Below are positions 1 through 8,128 of a stretch of 61,641 nucleotides of DNA, piece after piece. Within the stretch, counting starts at the first letter, position 1, and each line of letters starts with the position of its first letter. The position numbers were made by a program, and so were the translations under genes. The notes under the pieces are model-generated. The model was not told the DNA's origin. It was given only the letters and a program-made list of their open reading frames with translations, and ran no database searches. The DNA is from a virus, in the IMG/VR virus record IMGVR_UViG_3300020182_000008, positions 104,628 through 166,268 of that record; one strand, 5' to 3'.

Positions 1-128
1 GAAGAAGAAAAAAAAAAGCTGACCGCTGCCTTAGAATAGCACGTAGAAAAATGCCACAATCATCTGCTTATCGTTCTGGATTGATCGTAAAATGTAGAAA
101 AGGAATGATATGGAAAAAGGAGAAATAA
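1..128 (+). CDS. Partial CDS (C-terminus ADRCLRIARRKMPQSSAYRSGLIVKCRKGMIWKKEK), possibly reached by -1 frameshift at G-A10-G
   Basis: Frame 3 is open from the window start to TAA at 126-128. Frame 1 reads EEEKKK, then stops at 37-39. Not in the ORF track. Confidence 0.5.
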   Translation, partial: RRKKKADRCLRIARRKMPQSSAYRSGLIVKCRKGMIWKKEK

Positions 129-382
129 AAAAATTAATTCGAGAAGTCCTATTAAGCGAGAAAGAAACCTTACGTACTTGGTTTTCTCGTAAAGGGTCGC
201 CTGGTAAAAAAGGTGGTTGGGTTGATTGTAATTCTCCAATCCGTAAAGACGGCAAAATCACAGGTTACAAACCTTGTGGAAGACAAAAAGGCGAAAAACG
301 AGCAAAATACCCATCTTGTAGACCTACACCAGCGGGGTGTAAAGACAAAGGTAAAGGTAAATCATGGGGAAAAAAGAAATGA
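110..382 (+). CDS. Small basic Cys-containing phage hypothetical protein
   Basis: LRTWF...GGWVDC...PCGRQKGEKRAKYPSCRP; resembles, from memory, small proteins of uncultured T4-like phages. Confidence 0.65.
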   Translation: MEKGEIKKLIREVLLSEKETLRTWFSRKGSPGKKGGWVDCNSPIRKDGKITGYKPCGRQKGEKRAKYPSCRPTPAGCKDKGKGKSWGKKK

Positions 383-903
383 GATATTTAATAGTTTTAT
401 TGGCATTTTCATTAATGAGCTGTGGCTCATTCACACACACTTCGTATCGTGTTGAAAGCGTATTAGCAATTACCGAAAAAGGTGATACAATTGCTGTACC
501 ATTACGCGAATTTGAAAGACAAAAGTATAACACTTATACAAGATTTAACTACAATAACAACTGGTACTGGAACAACTGGCGCTACGATTTTAATTGGAGA
601 TGGCAACAACCCTTCTTTGCTTACCCAAATCAATTTTGGTGGGGTAATAATCTTCGCTATACTAATCCTAGCAGGGGTTATCGCGCACCTAGTAGACCGC
701 AGGTTAAACCACAAACAAGACCACGGACAAGACCTCAAAGACCAAGAGTAGCTACACCTAGAGGTAGCAGATCAGAATATACCCCTAGAACACCTCAACG
801 CATTCAACGAAATACAACCCCAACTAGAACAAGAACTACACCAAATGTGCAAACACGTGTAAATGTAGGTCGCAACTCTAGTGGAGGTAGACGAAATAAT
901 TAA
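379..903 (+). CDS. Putative lipoprotein with aromatic-rich segment and R/P/T-rich disordered tail
   Basis: ATG at 379 overlaps the upstream stop (ATGA). MRYLIVLLAFSLMS-C is an SPII signal with lipobox. Confidence 0.7.
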   Translation: MRYLIVLLAFSLMSCGSFTHTSYRVESVLAITEKGDTIAVPLREFERQKYNTYTRFNYNNNWYWNNWRYDFNWRWQQPFFAYPNQFWWGNNLRYTNPSRGYRAPSRPQVKPQTRPRTRPQRPRVATPRGSRSEYTPRTPQRIQRNTTPTRTRTTPNVQTRVNVGRNSSGGRRNN

Positions 904-910
904 TATTTAT
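901..910 (+). promoter_or_regulatory. Representative copy of the putative late promoter motif (A/T/C)ATATTTAT
   Basis: Recurs at ~23 intergenic positions shortly upstream of start codons (see findings). Confidence 0.7.
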
Positions 911-927
911 ATTAAAATATACCTACA

Positions 928-1941
928 ATGGATAACTTCAACTTAAAAATTTTCATCAACGAAAATAACCTTGGTGCTTATTCTAAACTAGAAGGCCAAA
1001 AACGCGACATTGATGGAGACGGAGATATAGATTCAGACGATTACAGGGCTGCAAAAGATGCTGCTATTAAAAAAGCAACTGGTAAAACCGAAGCCATCGC
1101 TGACCCAGATTCACTTACCTCAATCATTATGGGAGGTTTAGCCGCGGTTGGTGCTGTTAAAGCATTACCTAAACTAGTTGATCTATTAGGAGACGAGACT
1201 GGAGATATCACTGTCGATAGCTTAAAAAAAGCATTGTCTAAAAAAGATACAAACGAGGCATCTAAAGAAGAAGAAGAAACATTCCATAAAAAATTAGATA
1301 CTTTAGTTCACAAAACATTTGGTCCAAGCAGTGATGAAAAGGACATGAAAGAAGATAGATTTGTAGCTTCATCTATGGAAGATCTAGAGCAAGTAATCAG
1401 AAATCTAGCCCATACTGCTAACATATCAGAAGACGAAGCATTAGAAATGGCTATTAAAAAGCTAGAAAATATGCTAGATGGTAGAGATGATATGGATGAA
1501 GATTTAGACGTAGGACATCAGGATGATGAACCAAACATGTTAAAGAAAAAAATGTATAGAGCAGCTAAAATGGCAGCTATGTTATACAAAGAACTAGACA
1601 AATTTGATTCATTACCTAACGAAGTTGACTTCCCAGATTGGTGGCAAGCTAAATTAACCAAAGCAGCTGACTATTTAAACTCAGCATTCGATTATCTAGA
1701 TGGCGAACAACAAACAGCTAAGCTAGATGCTATGGGTGAAGAAGTAGAGGAAATGAAAAACCCAGGATATTCTTCATCTAGCCAGAAAAACCAATATGCT
1801 AACAGAGTATCTAGACCAACTAAATTTGGTAATGCTCCTGAATTAGATAAAGAATTAGGAGATACAGCTCAAAGAGCAATGGATATTCTAAAAAGAAAAG
1901 GATTAGCTGAAGACAACATCAAACTCTCAGACGCACTTTAA
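928..1941 (+). CDS. Acidic hypothetical, probable internal head protein
   Basis: Preceded by the late motif. EF-hand-like DIDGDGDIDSDD; many hydrophobic-x-E sites. Confidence 0.6.
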   Translation: MDNFNLKIFINENNLGAYSKLEGQKRDIDGDGDIDSDDYRAAKDAAIKKATGKTEAIADPDSLTSIIMGGLAAVGAVKALPKLVDLLGDETGDITVDSLKKALSKKDTNEASKEEEETFHKKLDTLVHKTFGPSSDEKDMKEDRFVASSMEDLEQVIRNLAHTANISEDEALEMAIKKLENMLDGRDDMDEDLDVGHQDDEPNMLKKKMYRAAKMAAMLYKELDKFDSLPNEVDFPDWWQAKLTKAADYLNSAFDYLDGEQQTAKLDAMGEEVEEMKNPGYSSSSQKNQYANRVSRPTKFGNAPELDKELGDTAQRAMDILKRKGLAEDNIKLSDAL

Positions 1942-3545
1942 TGAATAGCAAACAATTAATACAACTTTTAGAGCAAGAAGTAGAAGACTTCATGCAAACT
2001 CAAGCCGAAAAGATCGTTAAATTCGAAGACGATCCTAAGGAATACATTCTACAAAAATATCCTTCACTAAAGGCTACTCTAGAAGATTTAATGACAAATA
2101 GTTTTGACGAGTACATTACTGGAATCTATGTAATGGCTCCTAAACCAACTACATTCAAAATATTACTTCACAATGGTCAACATTTTTTCCTTATCTATGC
2201 TAGAGATTCTTACATAGCAAAAATACAAGGAAAAAAATATTACCTACTTAACTTAGGTGAAGAAGAATATGCTATTAAAGCAATAGCAGATCTACTTACA
2301 ATGGGTATGCCTCCTGGAGCAAAAGGACCAGAAGGTGAAGAAGAAAATGATACGACAGCAGGCGCAGATGAAACACCAGATGAGGCACCAGCTGACGATG
2401 CAGGAGGAGACGATGAAGAATTGGCTGAAACTAAAGAGGAAACTAAGGAAGAAAAGCCAAAACGTAAAACTCCACTTAAGTTTAAGATTTTAAAAGAGGA
2501 CATAGAAAAAAAAAAGTCACCTCTTAAATTTAAAATTTTAAAAGAAGCCCTATCTCCCGAGGCTCAACAAGCAAAAGACATTCTAAAACAAAACTTTGAT
2601 CTAGAAGATAAAAATTTTCTAGAAATGACATCTACTAGTTTTAAAGTTTTAATGGACAATAGCGAACGTAGAGATTTCCTTAAAAAAGCATCTGAACTAG
2701 ACGATTTTGAATTTGAATTAAAAGGTGCTTCTGTAGGTAGATTAAAATATCAACCTGAAGATCAAGCTAAACCTATCTTAATTTATGCTAAACCAGCAAA
2801 TGTTCAAGGTTTAGGTTCAGCAGGTAAACAAAACGAGGATAATTTCATTAGAAATATTAATGAAAAAATAGCAGAGGCTGGAGGATCAGCAGATATTGAT
2901 ATTGTTGCCCCAAACTCCGAAACATTAACTACTAAAGGTATAACTGAAGTAAGAGATTCTTCAACAGCAGGTGCTGGTAAAGGAGACAAATCAGATGCTC
3001 AATTTTTAGCGGACGGTAAAGTACTCCAAAACATATCTTTAAAACAAGCCGAAGGATTTAGATGGGCTTCTGTAAAATCGGACCCTGAATTTGCTCCTTT
3101 TATTAAAACATTCATTGATAAAGCCTTGGCTGGTAACATAAAGGGTCTTAAATTAGAACGTAATACAGAAGTAGCAGGAGAAAAATATCTCATGTTTAAC
3201 GATGAAGGTGAAAGAATCACCTTAGTTGTTATAGATGACTTCCCAGAAGGATTCGAAGAAAGAGTAGTATTTGGACCTGAAACACCCAAAACAGTAGTAG
3301 TAGGTGGTACTTTCAGTAAAGACGATAAAGATTTTAAATTAAATGGTAATAAAATTACTGTTCAAGCTGCTGGGATCTATAGAACACTAGAAGACATTGA
3401 AAAAACAGGACAAGAACCTGTATTTGTTATAGCACAACACGCTAAAATGTCTTATGGTTTAGATTTTAGAATCTTCCCAGCTAATAAAGCAAAATTAGGT
3501 CCTAGATCTAGAGGGGTAAAATTATCATATAACGACGTAGTATAA
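1941..3545 (+). CDS. Modular hypothetical: N-domain, acidic linker, C-terminal PD-(D/E)xK-like domain
   Basis: Duplicated PLKFKILKE flanking an A10 run; NE...KSD...ISLK pattern in the C-terminal half. Confidence 0.55.
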   Translation: MNSKQLIQLLEQEVEDFMQTQAEKIVKFEDDPKEYILQKYPSLKATLEDLMTNSFDEYITGIYVMAPKPTTFKILLHNGQHFFLIYARDSYIAKIQGKKYYLLNLGEEEYAIKAIADLLTMGMPPGAKGPEGEEENDTTAGADETPDEAPADDAGGDDEELAETKEETKEEKPKRKTPLKFKILKEDIEKKKSPLKFKILKEALSPEAQQAKDILKQNFDLEDKNFLEMTSTSFKVLMDNSERRDFLKKASELDDFEFELKGASVGRLKYQPEDQAKPILIYAKPANVQGLGSAGKQNEDNFIRNINEKIAEAGGSADIDIVAPNSETLTTKGITEVRDSSTAGAGKGDKSDAQFLADGKVLQNISLKQAEGFRWASVKSDPEFAPFIKTFIDKALAGNIKGLKLERNTEVAGEKYLMFNDEGERITLVVIDDFPEGFEERVVFGPETPKTVVVGGTFSKDDKDFKLNGNKITVQAAGIYRTLEDIEKTGQEPVFVIAQHAKMSYGLDFRIFPANKAKLGPRSRGVKLSYNDVV

Positions 3546-3589
3546 CATTTAGACTGATTCATAGCCAGTCGATTTTAAAAATTATATAG

Positions 3590-3627
3590 GAGCTGTGGCC
3601 CATTTATTGGAGCCACAGCTCTTTTTT
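3590..3627 (+). terminator. Intrinsic terminator
   Basis: GAGCTGTGGC / GCCACAGCTC stem followed by T6. Confidence 0.8.
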
Positions 3628-3637
3628 CGTATATTTA
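3607..3637 (+). promoter_or_regulatory. Host-type (Bacteroidota sigma-A-like) promoter TTG-N20-TATATTTA
   Basis: One of five copies with an exact 20-nt spacer; resembles the -33 TTTG / -7 TAnnTTTG consensus. Confidence 0.65.
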
Positions 3638-3656
3638 ACAGTTAAATAAATAGTAA

Positions 3657-4976
3657 ATGTCTAAAAACGTAGTAATTATTGGAGCAGGAGTAGCGGGTGT
3701 AAACGCTGCCACTAAACTAATTGACAACAATTTTAAAGGTAAAATCACCATCATTGATATGGGAAAAAACCCATACGAAAGACCATACGAAGACGTAATG
3801 ACCGGATTCTTAGGAGCAGGTGGTTGGTCTGATGGTAAATTAACTTACCATACAGCAATTGGTGGTCAACTCTCAAAGTACACAGGCGAAGATAAAGCCA
3901 TGGAATTGATGGATCAGGTGATCACTAACTTTAAACGTTTTCACCCTAAACCAGAAGAAGTACAATGTTCAAACCCAGTAGAAGAACCAGATTTTATTAA
4001 ACCATACTTTGGTTTACGTTTGTTTCCTGTATGGCATGTAGGTACAGATTACCTACATGAGATAGGTAAAAATTGGTACGATTTTCTAGTAGAAAATGGT
4101 GTAGAATTTCATTGGGAAACTAAAGTTACAGATATTGATTTTAAATTATCATTAATTACAATGCGTTCTGTAAAACCTGAATTTTCCCAAATGGATGATG
4201 ATAATATTTTTTATGATCAACTTATATTTGGTGTAGGAAAATCAGGTATCGACTTTGGAAAACAACTAGCAGAAAAATATGAGCTACCTACTGAACCAAA
4301 ATCAGTACAAATTGGGGTACGCTTTGAAGCACCACAAAAACACTTCCAAAAACTAATCGATGTATCATATGATTTCAAACTTTATCGCAAATTTGAAGAT
4401 GCTGGCGTATCGCTTCGCTCTTTTTGTACAAACAATAATGCAGCTTATGTGGCCGTAGAGCAAACATATGGAGACCATAGTTACAATGGACACGCTAAGA
4501 AAGACGAGGCGTTTAGAAACGATATGACCAATTTTGGTATCTTAATGGAAATTAATGGTATTGAAAAACCATTTGACTGGTCAAGAAATGTAGTACAATC
4601 TGTAAACAAAGAAGGTACAGGTTTATATTATAGCCCATCTCGTAGACCATCAACCACATCTGAAGGTGTAGATGTATCCGCTATTCAAATTAATAGCAAA
4701 GAGCTAGAAACCGTTAGAGAACAATTTGAAGGATACTTTCAATATATAGACGATTTTATTGCTGATATGAAAAAAGTATTCCCAACATTACAACACGATT
4801 GGGGTATTTACATACCCGAAGTTAAATATTTATCACCAGAACCATTAGTTAATTATAACAATTTAAGTCTAACAAAGTATGAAAATGTCCACTTCGTCGG
4901 AGACGCTCTCTCAGCTCGAGGAATTACTGTCAGTGGAGCACAAGGAATCTACGTTGCCGAAGACCTTATCAAATAA
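3657..4976 (+). CDS. FAD-dependent oxidoreductase (COG2509-like)
   Basis: N-terminal GAGVAG Rossmann motif, GAGGWSDGKL, RSFC, C-terminal FVGD...RGI. Confidence 0.85.
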   Translation: MSKNVVIIGAGVAGVNAATKLIDNNFKGKITIIDMGKNPYERPYEDVMTGFLGAGGWSDGKLTYHTAIGGQLSKYTGEDKAMELMDQVITNFKRFHPKPEEVQCSNPVEEPDFIKPYFGLRLFPVWHVGTDYLHEIGKNWYDFLVENGVEFHWETKVTDIDFKLSLITMRSVKPEFSQMDDDNIFYDQLIFGVGKSGIDFGKQLAEKYELPTEPKSVQIGVRFEAPQKHFQKLIDVSYDFKLYRKFEDAGVSLRSFCTNNNAAYVAVEQTYGDHSYNGHAKKDEAFRNDMTNFGILMEINGIEKPFDWSRNVVQSVNKEGTGLYYSPSRRPSTTSEGVDVSAIQINSKELETVREQFEGYFQYIDDFIADMKKVFPTLQHDWGIYIPEVKYLSPEPLVNYNNLSLTKYENVHFVGDALSARGITVSGAQGIYVAEDLIK

Positions 4977-5133
4977 GGAACTTGGCGATTTGTTAGAGGC
5001 TATTGATTTATATTTTCTAATGAATTATGATGTAATGTCTTTCTATGAGAAAGGTACACAAGATGAAATAAAATTATTTTTAGATCTGCGTAGTGAGGTT
5101 TTAAGTAAATATAAAGGCCCGGTTCAAGCCTAA
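4954..5133 (+). CDS. Small hypothetical (start uncertain)
   Basis: Open frame filling the gap; in-frame TTG at 4954 or a later ATG. Confidence 0.35.
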   Translation: MPKTLSNKELGDLLEAIDLYFLMNYDVMSFYEKGTQDEIKLFLDLRSEVLSKYKGPVQA

Positions 5134-5165
5134 TATTTATATGTACAATAACAAAACCCTCTACA

Positions 5166-5486
5166 ATGGACGAAAACATAATACACGTTCTATTAACCTT
5201 GATTTCAGCACTTGGTAGTGTTGGGGCTTGGAGGTTCTATGAGACTAAATTAAAATCTAAAGCTGCTAGATTTCAAAATCCACAAAAGGCAAACGAAAAC
5301 TTTATAGCTGATTTACAAGCTAGAGTAGCAAAATTAGAGACTTTATTAATCGAATCATCTGAAGAAAAAGATGAAATGCGTAACATTATTACGGGTTTAT
5401 CCTCAGAGGTATCTGCTTTAAAGGTAAAAATAGAATATCTTGAAGAAGAAAATGCGTACCTTAAGGGAAAAAGATCGCGAAAATAG
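5166..5486 (+). CDS. Single-TM plus coiled-coil membrane protein (holin-like candidate)
   Basis: N-terminal hydrophobic helix, heptad coiled coil, basic C-terminus; late motif upstream. Confidence 0.5.
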   Translation: MDENIIHVLLTLISALGSVGAWRFYETKLKSKAARFQNPQKANENFIADLQARVAKLETLLIESSEEKDEMRNIITGLSSEVSALKVKIEYLEEENAYLKGKRSRK

Positions 5487-5517
5487 TTGGATGTTTAAAA
5501 AAGCATTCGTATATTTA
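5487..5517 (+). promoter_or_regulatory. Host-type promoter TTG-N20-TATATTTA
   Basis: TTG at 5487, TATATTTA at 5510. Confidence 0.65.
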
Positions 5518-5540
5518 CGCCTAATTTAAATGTTATATAT

Positions 5541-5789
5541 ATGCCTAAAGTAAAAGAAGATTGGTCAACAAGATCAATTACAACCCCCGAAGGAATTAAA
5601 ATTACCTTTTTCAACAACAAACTTCACAATTGGAATGGTCCTGCTATAGTTTACAATGATGGCAGTAGAAGAAAATCTGAATACTATCTATATGGTATCC
5701 AAAGAACTAAAGACGATTGGTTAGAATTTAGACGAGATCGTAATGGTGTCCCTCCGGACAAGAATCCACAAGTACAATCAAGATTTTAA
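5541..5789 (+). CDS. Hypothetical with MORN-variant-like LHNxxGPA...YYLYG motif
   Basis: KLHNWNGPAIVY...EYYLYG. Confidence 0.65.
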   Translation: MPKVKEDWSTRSITTPEGIKITFFNNKLHNWNGPAIVYNDGSRRKSEYYLYGIQRTKDDWLEFRRDRNGVPPDKNPQVQSRF

Positions 5790-5790
5790 T

Positions 5791-6210
5791 ATGAGAAAAG
5801 CCGTTATAGTGAGTGGGTACTTCAACCCACTCCATAAGGGCCATCTAGAGTTATTTAGAACGGCCCGAGAATTTAGTGATGATTATTTAATTGTAATTGT
5901 AAATTCTGATTTACAAAGAGAATTAAAAGGTTCTAAAGAATTCCAAGACGAGAATGAAAGACTAGAAATAGTCAAATCAATCAAATACGTTAGCGAAGCA
6001 AGAATCTCACAAGATTTAGATAAAACACAATGCGAAACCCTAAGACAAATTTACAATGATTATGGTAAAATTTGGGACTTACATTTCGCAAATGGTGGTG
6101 ATCAAGATAACAAATCTATACCAGAAAGCGTGGTTTGTGAAAAACTAGGTATTAAATTAATAGATGGGTTTGGTGATAAAATTCAAAGTAGTAGTTGGTT
6201 ATTAAAATAG
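5791..6210 (+). CDS. HxGH nucleotidyltransferase (cytidylyl/adenylyltransferase family: TagD, RfaE-II, RibL-like)
   Basis: SGYFNPLHKGH, VIVNSD, ER, FANGGD, C-terminal SSS. Start reassigned to ATG 5791. Confidence 0.85.
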   Translation: MRKAVIVSGYFNPLHKGHLELFRTAREFSDDYLIVIVNSDLQRELKGSKEFQDENERLEIVKSIKYVSEARISQDLDKTQCETLRQIYNDYGKIWDLHFANGGDQDNKSIPESVVCEKLGIKLIDGFGDKIQSSSWLLK

Positions 6211-6216
6211 TAAAGT

Positions 6217-6747
6217 ATGAAAATAGGTTTATGTGGTACAATGAGTGTAGGTAAAACTACATTAGTTAATGAATTAAAGAAATTAGGTCAATTTAAAGGT
6301 TTTGAGTTTGCTACTGAACGTAGTGAATATTTGCGTGATTTAGGTATTCCATTGAATACTGATTCAACATTAAATGGTCAAACTATATTTTTAGCAGAAC
6401 GTGTTGCTGAATTAATAAAAGAAAATATTATAACTGATAGAACTGTATTAGATGTTATAGCATTTACTAATTTAGCTGAATCAATTGATTGGAAAGATAA
6501 AGAATATTTTGAAGATTATGCTAGAGTATTTGTAGGTCAATATGATTATATTTTCTATATTTCTCCTGAGGGTACTATTATGGAAGATAATGGTGTTAGA
6601 GAAACTGATTTAGAGTATAGAGAATTAATTGATCAGGCTATTATTAAAGCAATGAACACTTATGGACATAGATGTAAAAATGTACATATGTTAAAGGGTA
6701 CAACACTTGAGCGAATTGAGCAGATGCTTGGAGTAATTCAATTTTAA
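6217..6747 (+). CDS. P-loop nucleoside/nucleotide kinase, NadR/AAA_28-like
   Basis: GTMSVGKTT Walker A, ITDR, YDYIFY...EDNGVRE. Confidence 0.8.
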   Translation: MKIGLCGTMSVGKTTLVNELKKLGQFKGFEFATERSEYLRDLGIPLNTDSTLNGQTIFLAERVAELIKENIITDRTVLDVIAFTNLAESIDWKDKEYFEDYARVFVGQYDYIFYISPEGTIMEDNGVRETDLEYRELIDQAIIKAMNTYGHRCKNVHMLKGTTLERIEQMLGVIQF

Positions 6748-6771
6748 ATATTTATAATAAAATATTATATC

Positions 6772-7467
6772 ATGCAAGATAATTTTAGCATCCGTAATTG
6801 GAAAAATACAGTATTACACGAAGATGCCTTCAACGAAGGTGCAGGTGAAGTAGATGTATACGGATATAGAACCCAACATTTTGATATGTGCCCCGCTGCT
6901 ACAACTTTATTTAAAAATATAATGGCGGGTCAATATACAGATGGTGTACCCTCAGCCAGAGAAGAAGCATCAGTTATAGCAATGGCTAAATTACATGATG
7001 CTCTTTTTAATATGGAGAAAAAAGCTCTAGGATATGGTGAGGTAGACAAATCATACTTAGATCAAGCTGAAAGATTAGAGAACGAAATATATATGCAAGC
7101 AAGAAATCTCGATTTAGAAGATGAAGTTAAAGCATATATCCCTGGTCATATAGATAGAATTGCAAATGTTGTAGTTAATCCTGCAGATGTGTCTGAACAA
7201 GACGAGCTAGAAGATGACGATATTGAACTTGAAATCCCAGGTGAAACACCTACTGTAGATAAAAAATTACAAGCTAAAGCATCTAGACAAGATGTTAAAA
7301 TTAAAGCATATAAGGAAATTACTTCTAAAATGAAGGATGCTCTTGAAAAATTCAAATCAGCAGAAGGTGATGCTAAGGAAACGGCTAAAGAAGAACTTAA
7401 AGCATTAACCCCTGAATTTCAAGCAGCTAAGAAAGAATACGAAAAACTAAAAGGCGTTAAGCTTTGA
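6772..7467 (+). CDS. Hypothetical, probable internal head/late protein
   Basis: Late motif upstream; acidic middle region and helical K/E-rich tail. Confidence 0.55.
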   Translation: MQDNFSIRNWKNTVLHEDAFNEGAGEVDVYGYRTQHFDMCPAATTLFKNIMAGQYTDGVPSAREEASVIAMAKLHDALFNMEKKALGYGEVDKSYLDQAERLENEIYMQARNLDLEDEVKAYIPGHIDRIANVVVNPADVSEQDELEDDDIELEIPGETPTVDKKLQAKASRQDVKIKAYKEITSKMKDALEKFKSAEGDAKETAKEELKALTPEFQAAKKEYEKLKGVKL

Positions 7468-7835
7468 ACAGAATAAATACAGTTATAATTTGTATTGCGG
7501 CTATTGCTATATTCTATATCTTAAATAAAGAATCGGATATAGACATAACCCAATATGAAACTGAAATTAACCTTTTACAAATTCAATTAAATGAATTACA
7601 AGAGGTTAACGACAGTTTACAAACTGTAGAAAAGGAATTAGAAGCCAAAATGGCTTCTTATGATAATACCATTAGAAATTTAAAAGGTCAAATAAATGTT
7701 ATCAAAAAAGAAACTAAACGCAAACTTGATTCTGTTGATCAGTTTGGTGATGATGAGCTGGAACAGTTTTTCGCAAAGCGATACAAGCAGCTCAACGATT
7801 CAATTAATAAAACCAGTAGCGAAACTGGTAATTAA
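7464..7835 (+). CDS. N-terminal TM plus coiled coil (i-spanin-like)
   Basis: TTG start; VIICIAAIAIFYIL helix followed by a long heptad region. Confidence 0.55.
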   Translation: MNRINTVIICIAAIAIFYILNKESDIDITQYETEINLLQIQLNELQEVNDSLQTVEKELEAKMASYDNTIRNLKGQINVIKKETKRKLDSVDQFGDDELEQFFAKRYKQLNDSINKTSSETGN

Positions 7836-8124
7836 AGACTTAATTCAGTTCGATGGTTTAACTCAAGAAATGCAATCAATGCAAACCATCCTATCTGAGA
7901 CAAATCAAAAATTAATTATTCAAGGAGAATTGGTATCTAATTTAAGAATACAGGTATTAAATACCCAAAGCATGTTAGAGAAAAAAGATAACCAATTAAA
8001 TTCTCAAAAAAACGCTACTATTTCTCTACAAAAGTCATTAAAAAAAGAAAGACGAAAAACCAAATTATATAAAATCACCTCTACAATTGGAGGTGCGGCT
8101 ATTCTTCTACTTTTAGTACAATAA
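7696..8124 (+). CDS. Exported coiled-coil protein with C-terminal TM, overlapping the previous gene (spanin-partner-like)
   Basis: Signal peptide ending SFS-Q; C-terminal TIGGAAILLLLVQ; 140-nt out-of-frame overlap. Confidence 0.5.
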   Translation: MLSKKKLNANLILLISLVMMSWNSFSQSDTSSSTIQLIKPVAKLVIKDLIQFDGLTQEMQSMQTILSETNQKLIIQGELVSNLRIQVLNTQSMLEKKDNQLNSQKNATISLQKSLKKERRKTKLYKITSTIGGAAILLLLVQ

Positions 8125-8128
8125 ACAC

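Noticed and set aside
364-382. A_AAA_AAG at the end of ORF 110 fusing it to the lipoprotein frame
   Set aside because: The ATGA stop/start overlap at 379 gives a proper N-terminal signal peptide; a fusion would bury it.
5743-5790. Upstream start for the nucleotidyltransferase
   Set aside because: Overlaps the previous gene; the family fold begins at ATG 5791.
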